NCBI GenBank assembly: GCA_000092065.1
Contig: CP000592.1
Reading direction: 5' to 3' (one strand)
Length of the DNA: 64,000 nucleotides
From: Ostreococcus lucimarinus
Taxonomy: Eukaryota
Positions 50,111 to 61,290 of the stretch are shown here, in pieces. The position numbers and the translations under genes are program-made. Positions within the stretch are counted from its first letter, which is position 1. Each line of letters opens with the position of its first letter. The notes under the pieces are model-generated. The model did not search any database. It was not told the DNA's origin and saw only the letters and a program-made list of their open reading frames with translations.

Positions 50111-52255
50111 ATGACGACCGACGCGCGCGGTGAACGCGCGGCGCTGCTCGGACGCGACGTCTCGTCGACGCCGCGCGCGAACGCGGACGCGGCGGTGTTG
50201 GACGTCGAGCGCGGCGACGACGGCGCGGGACGCCGCGACGGACGCGCGCGCGGCGGGCGACGGGTGGCGGTCGTCGTCGCGGCGGCGCTCGCGGCGACGG
50301 CGGTGACGATCGGGGCGGTGCGAGGGACGGCGGGCGCGGGAGGGGCGGCGGCGCTCGGATCGAAGCCGACGGCGTCGGCGAAGGCTCTGAGAAACGCGCG
50401 GATCGCCGCGGCGGCGAAGGCGGCGGAGGAAGCGGAGGCGGAGAGACAAAGACTGCTGAATGAGGCGCATCCGGGACGGGAGCAGCGCATGGAACACCGG
50501 GCGGCGCGACGCGCGGCGGTGGAGAAGGCGGCGAAGCGGAACGAAGTCGTCGACGTCGAACGCTCGGCGGTCGCGGAGGAAGAAGGCGGCGACGCGGACA
50601 ACGCCACGCTCGTCGTCGACGGTACGTTCGTTGATGCGGACAACGCCACGCTCGTCGTCGGTGATGCGATCGCGGATAACTCCACGATCGCCGCCGGCGA
50701 AGAGACGAGCGAAGTCGCGGCTTTGGGTGCGCAGCACCACGCGCGCCCGGCGCATCACGTGAACTCTGCCAAGGCGCGGAACGAGAGAATAGCAGCCGCG
50801 GCCAAGCGAGCGCAGGAAGCGCTCGCTGCCAAGGAAGCGGAACTCAACAAGGAGCATCCGAAACGCGAGCAACGTGTGGCGCATAGAAAGCAGCAACGCG
50901 CGAAAGCGGCGATTTCAGCTGTTACCGATGTGGGAGGAACGGCGGCGACGGGCAGTACCGAATCCGCACTCCCGACGAACACTCCAAAGATTTACATCAT
51001 CTCCGACACCCAGCCGGGCGAAGAACTTGAAAACGCCAAGAGTGCGCAAGCGTACGTGGCCAACCTGTTCGAGACATACGCTGGTATGGACTCGAGTGAG
51101 GCCGCTAAGGTCGCTAGTATCGAAGAAGAGACGTTTCCGGCGCGCTGGCCGGATACGCTCGAGACAGCCAAGGTGGCGATGATGGGGATGACTGAAGGCG
51201 ACGACGTGCGCTTTCCCGTTAAGGACGTGCAAGCCACGCTGGCTGACAAAGATCAACACTGCGTCGGGGAAGCGTGTAAGCTGGGTCTGCAGAAGCACCT
51301 CGGCTCCATGTTATCGCACATGGCTGTCTGGAAAAAGGCGCTCGACTCTGGCGCCGACTCGTTTGTCGTTTGGGAGTCCACAGCCTTGGCGAAGCACGCC
51401 GTTAGCCCGCTCGATTACGCCGAGCTCGAGAGTGAGCTTCCGGAAAACACCGACATGGTGTTTCTCGAGCCTGATTACCTGAGCCCGGGGCAGTTCGTGA
51501 AGAAGATCAAGTCGAGCGCGACCGGCACGTGGGGAGAGCACACGCACGGCGCCGAGGAGTGCGTGAACCAATCTTCGTCGGTGTACTTGTACAAGCACAA
51601 CCATATGTGCGGCGGCGTCGGCACTAGCGCTCTGATGTTCACGAAACGGGGCGCGCAGAGACTTCGAGATTACGTCGCGACGAATGGAGCCGGGATGATC
51701 AGCACCTGGTTAAATTCCAAGTGCATCGCAAAGCACGCCGACGGTTTGAATTTCAACTGCTACATCGCGCAAACGAAGAAGCTCGATAAATCAATGCTCG
51801 GTGGTGTCGTCCCGACTTGGTATGACGATGAACGCGTCGTCAGCGAGTCCGTACCGCAACCCGACATCGATGAAATGGACTTCAACCCCAAAAAGTTCAA
51901 CCAGTTGGGTTGCGCGCGCGGCGGCCGCGCCTTTGCCGAAACCGCCGCCTGGTTGCCCATCAGCGCTGACCACACCGTTGATTCCGAGCGCGTCGTCAGC
52001 AACTGTATGATGGCGTCTATAGCCACGAGTATGGGTTACACCATCGATCCGTGCGCCGTGGACTTGCCCTTGCGCCAATCCGATTTAAACGCGCAGTCGG
52101 ACGCCCTCCAGCGGCGCGCGCGGGCTGCGAAAGCCGACGGCGCCTCCGTCGCCAGCCTCTCCTTGGCGCTCAGCGACGACGCCAAGGCGTACTTATTCGA
52201 AAGCGACAACGACGTTCCGTACGGTAACCTCGAAGACGTCGCTTCTTCCTTTTAA
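50111..52255 (+). CDS. Hypothetical type-II membrane (signal-anchor) protein with an internally duplicated coiled-coil stem and a large C-terminal globular domain; function unknown
   Basis: An N-terminal cytosolic tail precedes one TM segment (RRVAVVVAAALAATAVTIGAV). The stem contains two copies of a ~45-aa unit (ARIAAAAKAAEEAEAERQRLLNEAHPGREQR / ERIAAAAKRAQEALAAKEAELNKEHPKREQR) and a 39-nt tandem repeat encoding DADNATLVV. No domain was recognised. Confidence 0.4.
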   Translation: MTTDARGERAALLGRDVSSTPRANADAAVLDVERGDDGAGRRDGRARGGRRVAVVVAAALAATAVTIGAVRGTAGAGGAAALGSKPTASAKALRNARIAAAAKAAEEAEAERQRLLNEAHPGREQRMEHRAARRAAVEKAAKRNEVVDVERSAVAEEEGGDADNATLVVDGTFVDADNATLVVGDAIADNSTIAAGEETSEVAALGAQHHARPAHHVNSAKARNERIAAAAKRAQEALAAKEAELNKEHPKREQRVAHRKQQRAKAAISAVTDVGGTAATGSTESALPTNTPKIYIISDTQPGEELENAKSAQAYVANLFETYAGMDSSEAAKVASIEEETFPARWPDTLETAKVAMMGMTEGDDVRFPVKDVQATLADKDQHCVGEACKLGLQKHLGSMLSHMAVWKKALDSGADSFVVWESTALAKHAVSPLDYAELESELPENTDMVFLEPDYLSPGQFVKKIKSSATGTWGEHTHGAEECVNQSSSVYLYKHNHMCGGVGTSALMFTKRGAQRLRDYVATNGAGMISTWLNSKCIAKHADGLNFNCYIAQTKKLDKSMLGGVVPTWYDDERVVSESVPQPDIDEMDFNPKKFNQLGCARGGRAFAETAAWLPISADHTVDSERVVSNCMMASIATSMGYTIDPCAVDLPLRQSDLNAQSDALQRRARAAKADGASVASLSLALSDDAKAYLFESDNDVPYGNLEDVASSF

Positions 52256-52693
52256 CGCGTCCTTTTAACGCCATCCTTGTAACGCGCATGTTTGCACATT
52301 TTGCGAGTCTCGAAATTTCTCGATCTCTTCGTCCCCGAAGGCGCCACCCACGGCTCGGTAACTGTCGGCACCGTTCCGCACACGCTCGCGCTCGCGCTCG
52401 CGCGCACGGTGCGTCACTCGTCGCGCGCGCGCGCTCGACGATGAAACGCACATCGCTCGATCGATCGACCGCGTGCCGACGCGCGAAACCGCTCGACGAC
52501 GCGATCTCGAGCGCGCGAACGACGACGACGACGATCGCGAGAATTCTCGAGAATCGACGCGCGCGACGCGATGTCGCGCGCGGTGCGACCGCGCTCGAGA
52601 GGCGACGAAGGAGACTGACGAAAGCGCTCGATCGGCGGCGGTGCGTAGGATCTGAAGATCGACGCACGCGCGCGCGCGCGAGCACCCGAACGA

Positions 52694-53569
52694 TTGTTTG
52701 ATTTTCGCGCGACTCAGCGCATGGGCGGTTGGCACGGCGCGGAGACGCACGGCGGCGGCGGGTTTCGAGAGACGCGAGGGGAGACGCATCAACCCACGGC
52801 GATGCAAGTGGAGTATCGCGAACATCGAGAGACGCATCACCGCGAAGAAGGCTCGCGGGAACGGACGGCGCCGCGAGAACGAGAGCCGGCGGCTTTTCCC
52901 ACAAAGCCGCCGTACGTCGCGTTCGTCGGAAACTTTCCGTTTGAGGCGACGCAGGATGAGGTGTTGAAGGCGTGCGGGGCGACGCCAGAGGCAGTAAACG
53001 TCCGCGCGATGACGGATAGGAGTCAGACGAAAGTTCGAGGGTACTTTGTGGAGTTTCCAGACGCGGACAGTCTTCGCGAAGCGTTGAAGGCAGACGGCTT
53101 CGTCATGGGCGAACGCCCGTTGCGCGTCAACGTCGCGGATGAGCGGAAGTCGATGGACAGAGGACGAAGAAGTTCTACCGATCGCGGGCAACGTCGAAAC
53201 TCGCATCGCGAGGATCAGTGGACGTCTGTGGGCAACGCCGCGCCGGTGCCGAAAATCGTCGAGCCGGCCGCGGAGCGTCCCAAATTGGTGCTCAAACCGC
53301 GAAGCATCGAGAGGGACTCCGGAGAGCCTCCGATCGCCGTCGGTTCTGCGTCTATATTCGGTGGCGCTAAACCAGTGGACACGAGCAAAATTCTCGCCGA
53401 GGTTGAGAAGAAGATTGACGCCGAGTTGCACCGCGAACCGGCAAAGCTTCCGACGCCGAAGCACGAGAAAAAAGTGCACACTCCCGTGCTCAAGATTCAA
53501 GAAGAAGTCGTGACGCGCGTGGAGAACACTAACGTCTTCTCTCTTTTGTCCATCGAGGATGACGAATGA
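52694..53569 (+). CDS. eIF4H/eIF4B-like RRM-containing translation initiation factor
   Basis: MFDF..., KPPYVAFVGNFPFEATQDEV...VRGYFVEFPDADSLREALKADGFVMGERPLRVNVAD (an RRM), RPKLVLKPRSI and IFGGAKP align with eIF4H (EPPYTAYVGNLPF..., RPRLQLKPRTV, IFGGARP). Confidence 0.65.
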   Translation: MFDFRATQRMGGWHGAETHGGGGFRETRGETHQPTAMQVEYREHRETHHREEGSRERTAPREREPAAFPTKPPYVAFVGNFPFEATQDEVLKACGATPEAVNVRAMTDRSQTKVRGYFVEFPDADSLREALKADGFVMGERPLRVNVADERKSMDRGRRSSTDRGQRRNSHREDQWTSVGNAAPVPKIVEPAAERPKLVLKPRSIERDSGEPPIAVGSASIFGGAKPVDTSKILAEVEKKIDAELHREPAKLPTPKHEKKVHTPVLKIQEEVVTRVENTNVFSLLSIEDDE

Positions 53570-53642
53570 TGTAACGTATGTCGATTTTCCACGGATTTGT
53601 AACATTTCAACAAGGCAAACAACGCAGCTTCTGTCTATGGCA

Positions 53643-55103
53643 CTATGGCACAATGGCGTTACCAACTCGATCGTACGCCGGCTCTTCGATTTCTTTGCGC
53701 GAAAAGTACGATTGACGTGGCATACACCCTCGCGACTTCTTCAAAAATTCGACAACGTCTTTAGTTCTCGCTAGCTCTCGCAAATATGGTATCGCGTTGA
53801 GCAACTCGTTGTCGTTGGGGTTGTCAATGAAACTCGAAATAGGGAACGCGTTCTGCGGATGAAACGCGTATGAATAAGGTGAGTTATCCACGATGACCGT
53901 TTGCGATAGATCTCGGCCTAAAGACGTCAAATCTTTGACGTAGTTGCCCTGAAACGCGTAACAGTGTCGACGGAACAACCGCCAACGAACCGTCTTCTCG
54001 ACGTCCAGTAAATCCATCACTGGATTCGCGTACTTCGGTAAACTGGCCGTGAACACGACAATTTCCCAGTCTTTCGAAACTTCGCGCATGAACAAATCCA
54101 CCCACGGGCGCTTCAACACGTACACGTCGGTCATCTTGCCGTCGATTTCAACCGGCACGATGAAATCGCTTCTCATCACGGGCTTAAAGCTCGAATGCAC
54201 CAGCGTTTCGTCCAAGTCGAGCACTAAACACGGTTTATACTTGGTTGCCCCATCACGCAGATTGTAAATCTCCTTCGTCGCGTACTTGCCCCAGCGCGAC
54301 GCGTCGCACGCGCAGTCCGGCTCGCCGATGAACGGGTCGCCTTCGTGCAACACGAACCCATCTTCCAAGCACGCCCTCGGCTGCGCCACGCACGGCACGC
54401 ACGACACTGTCGTCGTCTGATGCACCACACTCGCCGCGCTCTCAGCGCACTCGAGCTCGCTCTCCGTCGTCGACTTTGGCGCGACGCAGCATCGCAGATA
54501 CGCCACGAGCGCCCCCCACGTCGTCGTCCGTCGACTCCCTCCCCCATCTCCCTCCATCTCCGCCGCATCGAGCGCCGATTTCACTTCCACCGCATCACCG
54601 CTCGCATCGTCGACGTCGTCCCTCATACCTCCCGTCCCTTTCTCGCTCGACGTCGCCTCGCCGTCCAGCATTCGCGCGATCTGCTCCGCGTCGCTCGCCC
54701 GCCCGCTCCGCCTCCCTCCCCGCCGCCCGAACGCCCCGCCCGCGCGATTTCCCGACGATTCCGAGCTCGACCGTCCGCCTCGTCGCGGGCTGAACGGCTC
54801 CCCTCGCCCCGGCGTCGCGTCATCCGACGACGAAGACGTTTCCGACTCATCATCGGGTGTTCGCGGAGACTTTCTCCCATCGCGCGTCTTCACCGCGTTC
54901 AGCGGCGTTCGCGGCGACGGCGCGGAGTCGTCGTCGTCGACCGCATCGCGCGCCTCCTCCGCGCCGTCCCGCGCGCGCAGGATCGGCTCGCGCGCGTCGT
55001 AACTCGAGTTGGACGCGTGTCTCCGATGGTGATGCGGCCGATGATCTTTCCGACGCCGCCGCTCGCGCGCGCCGGTCTCGCGCGTCGCGTCCGCGCCCGG
55101 CAT
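53643..55103 (-). CDS. CTD small phosphatase-like protein (FCP1-homology/NIF domain, SCP1 family), with a long disordered Ser/Arg/Asp-rich N-terminus
   Basis: The C-terminal domain CLVLDLDETLVHSSF (DxDx[TV] motif) ...WEIVVFTASLPKYANPVMDLLD...YVKDLTSLGRDLSQTVIVDNSPYSY matches the NIF/CTDSP fold. Confidence 0.7.
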   Translation of the reverse strand: MPGADATRETGARERRRRKDHRPHHHRRHASNSSYDAREPILRARDGAEEARDAVDDDDSAPSPRTPLNAVKTRDGRKSPRTPDDESETSSSSDDATPGRGEPFSPRRGGRSSSESSGNRAGGAFGRRGGRRSGRASDAEQIARMLDGEATSSEKGTGGMRDDVDDASGDAVEVKSALDAAEMEGDGGGSRRTTTWGALVAYLRCCVAPKSTTESELECAESAASVVHQTTTVSCVPCVAQPRACLEDGFVLHEGDPFIGEPDCACDASRWGKYATKEIYNLRDGATKYKPCLVLDLDETLVHSSFKPVMRSDFIVPVEIDGKMTDVYVLKRPWVDLFMREVSKDWEIVVFTASLPKYANPVMDLLDVEKTVRWRLFRRHCYAFQGNYVKDLTSLGRDLSQTVIVDNSPYSYAFHPQNAFPISSFIDNPNDNELLNAIPYLRELARTKDVVEFLKKSRGCMPRQSYFSRKEIEEPAYDRVGNAIVP

Positions 55104-55201
55104 CGCGCGACGCGGCGTCTCGCGCGTCGCGCGCGCGGCGTCGCGCCTCGAGCGCGCGCGCGGGTGATGTCGCGGCGCGATGTGCGACGTCGGGCGTCAT
55201 C

Positions 55202-56554
55202 ATGCGGCGCGTCGGCGCGATCGCGCCGGCGACGACGCGCGTCGCGCTGCGCGCGCTCAAGCGTCGGCGGTGTCTCGCGCCGCGTCGCGCGTCGACGCGC
55301 GCGCGCGGAGACGCGGTCTCGGACGCGCGCGAGGGCGACGATGATTCGGACGCGCGACGGTTACGAAACGGCGGCGGCGACGAAACGTTCCGCGAGCGCG
55401 TCGCGCGCGGACAGCTGTGGCTGGCGCCGCTGACGAAGGGAGGAAACGCGCCGTTCCGACGGTTGTGCGCGAGCGAATTCGGGGCGGAGGTCGTGGTGAG
55501 CGAGATGGCGTTCGCGCGATTTCTCGCGAAGGGGGCGAGGGTGGAACGCGCGCGGGTGCGGCGACACGAGGGCGACGCTGGCGATTGTTTCGGGGCGCAG
55601 ATCGCGACGAACGCCATTGAGGAGGGCGTGAACGCGGCGTTGATCGCGTCGGGGGAGTTTGGCGCGGATTTCGTGGACTTGAATTGCGGATGTCCGATTC
55701 ACGAGACGTGGAAGCGCGGGCTCGGCGCGGCGCTGTTGAAAAAGCCGGCGAAATTGGAGCGGTTGGTGGAGGGGATCGCGAGTCGGATCGACGTGCCGTT
55801 GACGGTGAAGATTCGACTTGGGATCGATTCGTCGTCGCAGGCGCGGAGAATCGCGGAGGGGTTGGAAAATGCGGGGGCGAGCGCCGTCGTCGTGCACGGT
55901 CGGACGAAGGAGCAGCGGTACACCAAGGCGGCGGATTACGACGTGATTCGAGACATCGTTCGGGAACGAAACATTCCAATCATAGGCAACGGCGACGTGT
56001 TGACGTGGTACGATGCGCGCGATCGAATGGAGCACTCTGGAGTGGCTGCGATGATGGTCGGTCGAGGGGCGTTGATCAAGCCGTGGATATTCAAAGAGTA
56101 TCGCGAGCGCAAGTGCTGGAATCCAACCGTGGAACAGCGCGTGGGGGTGTATTACACGCTGCGTAATTACATGCGGGAAGGCTTCGGGGACGACGAACTG
56201 GGTAAGCGACGGTTTGATGAGTTTTTTCCGTGGCATCTAGGCTTTTTTTGTCGATACCGCCCGCTGCCCGAAGACGTCTTCGGCGGCAGGCCGCTCGACG
56301 ATCCGCTCCTCCAATCGCGTCTCGGGTTCGCGGTCGACGGTGAGGTCGAAGACAACTTACCCATTATTGAGCGTCTGTTGCGATGCGAGAGCGAAGACGC
56401 GCATCTCGCCATTTCAGAAGTTTTGTGGAGCGCCGACTCAGTCGGAGACGCCATGGATAAATTGGAAACCATCGCAAAGGCGTCGCTCGAAGGTTGGCGC
56501 GCGCAAGTCGCCGCCGGCGATCGCGGTGCGCACACGGACACGATTCGCGGCTAG
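55202..56554 (+). CDS. tRNA-dihydrouridine synthase (Dus3-like catalytic domain), with an N-terminal presequence-like region
   Basis: LWLAPLTKGGNAPFRRLCASEFGAEVVVSEMAFA, VDLNCGCP (catalytic Cys) and IPIIGNGDV match the Dus TIM barrel and resemble the Dus3 core. No CCCH zinc fingers were seen. The ORF is open upstream to 54857, antisense to the phosphatase gene. Confidence 0.62.
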   Translation: MRRVGAIAPATTRVALRALKRRRCLAPRRASTRARGDAVSDAREGDDDSDARRLRNGGGDETFRERVARGQLWLAPLTKGGNAPFRRLCASEFGAEVVVSEMAFARFLAKGARVERARVRRHEGDAGDCFGAQIATNAIEEGVNAALIASGEFGADFVDLNCGCPIHETWKRGLGAALLKKPAKLERLVEGIASRIDVPLTVKIRLGIDSSSQARRIAEGLENAGASAVVVHGRTKEQRYTKAADYDVIRDIVRERNIPIIGNGDVLTWYDARDRMEHSGVAAMMVGRGALIKPWIFKEYRERKCWNPTVEQRVGVYYTLRNYMREGFGDDELGKRRFDEFFPWHLGFFCRYRPLPEDVFGGRPLDDPLLQSRLGFAVDGEVEDNLPIIERLLRCESEDAHLAISEVLWSADSVGDAMDKLETIAKASLEGWRAQVAAGDRGAHTDTIRG

Positions 56555-56614
56555 TCGGTTTCCTTTTTGTACTATTAAAACTATAAAGCTATATTCTGCT
56601 AATTCTGTGCTCAT

Positions 56615-58981
56615 CTAAGAAAGGTGCATCGTGATCTCGGGCGCCAACTTTCGAGAAAGCGCCGGCAACGCCTCCCGCCAACCCCCTTCGACGGCGAGTC
56701 GATCGACCATCGCTTGATCGAGCAGGGACTGCGTGTTCTCATCATGGCTGAACGGTTGGGACATAGAGCGCATGAACGTCCGCGCGACTTGCATGGCCAT
56801 GTCCGTGGACAAGTTCAGTACCTCTTCGCGCAAGTGCGTGGTGATCCATCCCGGCAGCTTTCCGCGCTTGTCCTGCGAGTTGTATCGTTTGTCCGCAAAA
56901 ACCATGAGACCGTAATCTTTTTTCGAGCGGATGACTCGCCCGACGCACTGCGCCGCTTGCCTCACCGCATCAAACGCTAAAAAGTCGCTCTCTTTGATTT
57001 GGAACGTCTCTCGCAAATACTCGAGTCGCGCGCGCAAGATGCGCGAGAGCGTGTACTGATACGGTACGCCGTACATGACGACGGCGCGGCCGTAGTGCCG
57101 ATCGAAATCGATCCCTTCCGCAACTTTTCCGCGCGCGACAGAGAGGAAAATCGCGCCCCGGCCGCAGTTACACGCGCGTCGGTAATTGTCGAGCGCCAAA
57201 GACGTCTCAACCACGTCGGTGGTTTCGATGAAGACGAGTTTGTGTTGCATGATTTCTCGCAAAATTCCCGTCTCGTGCCACTTGCTCACGATGTTTTCCA
57301 TGTAAGAATACGATACGAAAAAAGCGACAATGCCGTCGGGAACGGTTTGCGCGAGACCAATCAAGATTCGCCCGTAATTTTGAATCACGTTCGGATCGTC
57401 GCGCATGTCAAACTTCGTCGACACGGCTTGCTGATCCGCCCCACGAGTGATCACCATCGGACACAAGCAATCGCGCGTAAGCGTCATTGCTAAACTCCGT
57501 ACGCTCACAGGATTGAACCCAAGAAGTTTTGGGTACAAATCAATCGGACTCAACGTTCCAGACGTGATGAACACGGACTGGAAACGCTCAAACACGGGCT
57601 TGATGGCGAGCGACGCGTCCAAGCACGCGAGTTGCAACACTGGATCCGGAATGTTTGGATAACGCTCATCGTAAGGCTCGAGAATCAGCGCAAAGCCGTT
57701 TGAGTACGTCCCAACCAACGCGGCAAAGTTTGCCACCAAAGATAGCGCGTTGAATTCGTCCATGTCCACGACTTCGAGCGTCTTCAACAGGCTCGTCAAG
57801 CGGTCGTAGCAAAACTTCAACGTCTTCCCGTCTATTCCCGCGTTCGCGGCGCAGTGCTGCAAAAACGCCGTCGGTGTTTCTTGTTCCACCTGCGTCGATC
57901 GTAATCGCATATTGAGGTACTCAACGAATCGTTTCAACACCGCGACGAAGTGCTCGGCCCGTCGAATGTTCCCCGGCACGGCTTCGCGCAAAATATCATC
58001 CGGAATAATCGGGTTCATCAACACGTCTTCGCCACCGCCTCGCGCTAACACGCCTTGCTGCGCCAGCCCGTTCACCAAGCGCTCGTACTCTTGACGAAGC
58101 CGCCGCTCGTCGGTTTGTTTCGCCCTGTCTATGCGCGTGTTCAACGACGTAATCGACCGCCCCGCGTTTTCCAACGTCTGCTGGCGAAGATTCACACTCA
58201 ACGCCTCGATGCACACGTTATCGATGTTGTGCGCTTCGTCGAACACTACGATACACTCCTTTTCCAACGAACTCGACACCAAGCTTGCCACCTTCGGGTC
58301 GAGCATATACTGATAGTTGTACACCACGACGTTGGCGAACGAAATCATATTCCTCGCCAAAAAATACGGACACCACTTCTTCGTTCGCCCGAACGCGCGC
58401 AAATCGTGCAAGGTGTACACCCCCGGAGGCAACACCGCCTTCTCTCCCGCGCTCTCAAAATCCTCAAAAAATTCGCAACAGTTCCCTTCGCCCCCGTCCT
58501 CCACGTTTTCGTTTTCGCTCGCCCCTCGCGCCTCCCGTTCCAACCGTTTCTCTCGCACCCAGCTCGCCGTCAACCGTCGGCACTTCCCATCCACGCTCTC
58601 CCTCGACCCCTCGTCCACGACTCGCGGATTCACGCACATGTTCTTCCTCGACGACAGCCCGAGCGCCAGCATCGCCGCGACGTCCTCGCCCGCTCGCGCC
58701 GCTATGAATCGTTCCAACGTCCGGCACTCCGCCAGCACCTTCTCCATCTCCGGCACCGTGCGCGTGCAGTATATCAGTTTCCCACACTCCGGGTGCGCGA
58801 TCTGATAGCTCACGCACAGCGACAGCACGGTGATCGTCTTCCCCGTCCCCGTGGGCATCTCGATCGCGCCGTGCCCGCGCGCGTCGAGCGAGCGCTTGAA
58901 CTCGGTCATCATCGCCAGCTGCTCGGGGTATATCTGGGGATACGGGAAGAACACGCGCAGGCCCTCGAGGTTGAAGTCCAT
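56615..58981 (-). CDS. ERCC2: TFIIH/NER helicase XPD (ERCC2/RAD3)
   Basis: MDFNLEGLRVFFPYPQIYPEQLAMMTEFKRSLDARGHGAIEMPTGTGKTITVLSL is collinear with human XPD. The DEAH box (VVFDEAHNIDN), the Fe-S Cys cluster and the C-terminal helicase motifs are present. The 788-aa ORF is a single exon. Confidence 0.92.
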   Translation of the reverse strand: MDFNLEGLRVFFPYPQIYPEQLAMMTEFKRSLDARGHGAIEMPTGTGKTITVLSLCVSYQIAHPECGKLIYCTRTVPEMEKVLAECRTLERFIAARAGEDVAAMLALGLSSRKNMCVNPRVVDEGSRESVDGKCRRLTASWVREKRLEREARGASENENVEDGGEGNCCEFFEDFESAGEKAVLPPGVYTLHDLRAFGRTKKWCPYFLARNMISFANVVVYNYQYMLDPKVASLVSSSLEKECIVVFDEAHNIDNVCIEALSVNLRQQTLENAGRSITSLNTRIDRAKQTDERRLRQEYERLVNGLAQQGVLARGGGEDVLMNPIIPDDILREAVPGNIRRAEHFVAVLKRFVEYLNMRLRSTQVEQETPTAFLQHCAANAGIDGKTLKFCYDRLTSLLKTLEVVDMDEFNALSLVANFAALVGTYSNGFALILEPYDERYPNIPDPVLQLACLDASLAIKPVFERFQSVFITSGTLSPIDLYPKLLGFNPVSVRSLAMTLTRDCLCPMVITRGADQQAVSTKFDMRDDPNVIQNYGRILIGLAQTVPDGIVAFFVSYSYMENIVSKWHETGILREIMQHKLVFIETTDVVETSLALDNYRRACNCGRGAIFLSVARGKVAEGIDFDRHYGRAVVMYGVPYQYTLSRILRARLEYLRETFQIKESDFLAFDAVRQAAQCVGRVIRSKKDYGLMVFADKRYNSQDKRGKLPGWITTHLREEVLNLSTDMAMQVARTFMRSMSQPFSHDENTQSLLDQAMVDRLAVEGGWREALPALSRKLAPEITMHLS

Positions 58982-59433
58982 GACGGCGCGAGCGCGCGCG
59001 CGGGCGTCGAGGAATGACGCGGAATTCGCCCAGAAGCGAGAAGCGCCGGCGACACTTCGACACGCGCGACGCGCGCGATCGTCGACGCGCGGTCGCGTCG
59101 ACGCGCGACGACGCGCTCGGGACGCGCGACGATCGCGCGCGCGCGCGAACGCGCGACGCGAGCGAACGACGCGGCGGCGTGCGCGTTTGAGAGATGCGTT
59201 TGACTGCGCAACTGTCGGGACATTCGGTGTCGCGCGCGCGCGCGAAATGCGGCGCGCGTGATGCGCGCGAGCGCGCGAGCGCGCGGTGCGTCGGCGCGGG
59301 AAGCGGGAGCGCGCGTCTTGGACGCGGGCGAGGCGCTCGATCGACGTCGATGGTCGTCGAGGCGCGAGGGAAGGCGACGGGGCGCGAGGGCGACGCGCCT
59401 CGGACGCGCGAACGAGCGCGGAAGGGCTCGCGG

Positions 59434-60693
59434 ATGGTCATCGCGCGCGCCGCGGGCGAAGGCGTGAAGGTGGAGTCGGTGAAAAAACCGCGATTGCCCG
59501 CGCTGGACAGCGTGCGGTTCTTTTTGATCACGTACATCTCGGTCGGGCACTTTATCGCGTGCGCGACGAAGAACGCGCTCGCGCTCGCGGCGTTTTCGCA
59601 AGTCAACGTCGTCGTCGGAGCGTTTTTCGTGCTCAGTGGGTACGTCGCGGCGTACACGACGACGGAGCTGGGCAAGTACGAAGCGCAGACGGGGCGATTA
59701 CGCCCGACTCCAAAGTATTTCGTCAGTCGCGTGATGGGGTTTTATCCGCTGTACTTTGTCGTCAACTGCGTCTTCGCGCCGATGTTTTTTTATGCGGATT
59801 CGTTTTACAACGGGCCGTTGACGGCCGCTGTGCACGGTTTCATGACGTTTACTCTCACCCAAGCGTGGTTCCCCATGCACGCCGAGCTTTGGAACGCGCC
59901 GACGTGGTTTTTGAGCGCGTTCACGTTTGCCTTGGCGGCGATGCCGTTCGCGTTGCCGAGCGTGGCGCGCTTCAAGCGCGAGCACTTGCATTCGGTGTTC
60001 AAGGTGCTGATAATCGTGTCTCTCTTGGCGAAGATCGCGTACTCCTACGATCTCAACGCATGGGGCTTCATGGAAGGCATGATGTCCGCGAAGACGCACC
60101 CAAACTGGCTGTACTTTAACTCGGTGCGATTTTCACCCTTCAACGCTTTGATCGACGTCTTACTCGGCGCCGTCGCCGCGCGAACCGTCATGGTGGACAG
60201 CGCCGAGGGCGAGTCCGTGCCGAAGCAAAACAAACTTTTGGCGTGCTCGGCGACGCCGTTGGTGGCCATGGTGGCGTTTCTAGCCGCTCGCGCGCTCGGC
60301 GTCGTCGCAGTCAACGACGCGTTATCGAGGACAATTTTCACCGTTTTGTTCTCCGCGTTCGCCGTCAACGTACACCGAGAGACGGTGCGCGAGGGCGGTG
60401 AGGGGTCTTTGGTCTCGAAGATTCTTTCGCTAAAACCTTTGGTGTACCTCGGAACGATTTCGTTCCCGATTTACATCTTACACGGTCCCATCGGTCAGGT
60501 GTTTTACAAGCGCGTCGTGGCGACGAAACTCTTCGGCAAGGTTTTCACCCAGTACCCGCAATTTTTCCCAATCTACCTCCTCATCGTTCTCGTCGCCGCC
60601 ATGCTGACGCACGAGTTTTTCATTAAGAATAAAAAAGTGCAAGAGCTCAGTAAAGCGGTGAGCGACAAAGCCACGGCGGCGTTGACGGATTAA
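59434..60693 (+). CDS. Acyltransferase-3 family (OpgC/OatA-like) integral membrane protein
   Basis: About 10 TM helices beginning LDSVRFFLITYISVGHF, the typical acyl_transf_3 start. The ORF is open from 59194. Confidence 0.5.
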   Translation: MVIARAAGEGVKVESVKKPRLPALDSVRFFLITYISVGHFIACATKNALALAAFSQVNVVVGAFFVLSGYVAAYTTTELGKYEAQTGRLRPTPKYFVSRVMGFYPLYFVVNCVFAPMFFYADSFYNGPLTAAVHGFMTFTLTQAWFPMHAELWNAPTWFLSAFTFALAAMPFALPSVARFKREHLHSVFKVLIIVSLLAKIAYSYDLNAWGFMEGMMSAKTHPNWLYFNSVRFSPFNALIDVLLGAVAARTVMVDSAEGESVPKQNKLLACSATPLVAMVAFLAARALGVVAVNDALSRTIFTVLFSAFAVNVHRETVREGGEGSLVSKILSLKPLVYLGTISFPIYILHGPIGQVFYKRVVATKLFGKVFTQYPQFFPIYLLIVLVAAMLTHEFFIKNKKVQELSKAVSDKATAALTD

Positions 60694-60894
60694 CGGCGAA
60701 AATCGTGTAAAACAATTTATCGAGACGACTTTTGTCTTTCATAAAAACGCTATCACCTCTTTTTTATATGCCTAGAGTGTTTCTTATCGGTTTCAAGCGA
60801 ACGCGATCTAACGCGAACGCTCCCCCGGGTCTCACGACGCCCTCAAAGAGCGCGCTGACCAGCACCCACGTCAACTTCGTCGCGAGGACGAAAT

Positions 60895-61188
60895 TTATTC
60901 TTCCTCGTTGTCGTCCGCGATGTTGAAGTATCTCAACTCGTACACGTTGCGTTCCTTGTTGGACGCAATCACGCGCAACCAATCACGAACGTTGTGCTTC
61001 TTGAGGTACTTCTTCGTGAGGTACTTCATGTAGCGCTTGCTCATCGCGACTTCGCTCGTCACCGTCACCTTCGTCTTGTCGCTCGACACGCTCACCGCCT
61101 CGCCGAGCGCGCCCGCCTTACCACCAACCTTGATACGATCGGTGAGGAACGCGGTGAACGAACCAATCTCCATAATCTTGTCCTCGAC
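60895..61188 (-). CDS. RPL22: 60S ribosomal protein L22 (eL22), last exon
   Basis: [97 protein letters not shown] is near-identical to plant eL22. The acceptor aatag| is at 61189-61190. Confidence 0.88.
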   Translation of the reverse strand, partial: VEDKIMEIGSFTAFLTDRIKVGGKAGALGEAVSVSSDKTKVTVTSEVAMSKRYMKYLTKKYLKKHNVRDWLRVIASNKERNVYELRYFNIADDNEEE

Positions 61189-61290
61189 CTATTCGCATCA
61201 AAGAATATCGCATCGTCAGTCATCGTCCCTCGTCGTCGTCTCGAGTCGCGCGTTCGCCGCTCGCCCTGTATTTTAGGGTTTCACACGCAC

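Noticed and set aside
49603-50896. 360-aa and 284-aa minus-strand ORFs opposite the type-II membrane protein gene
   Set aside because: Antisense low-complexity readings with no support.
58464-59675. 403-aa minus-strand ORF spanning the XPD/acyltransferase intergenic region
   Set aside because: It overlaps the XPD N-terminus out of frame and the divergent promoter, with Arg-rich low complexity.
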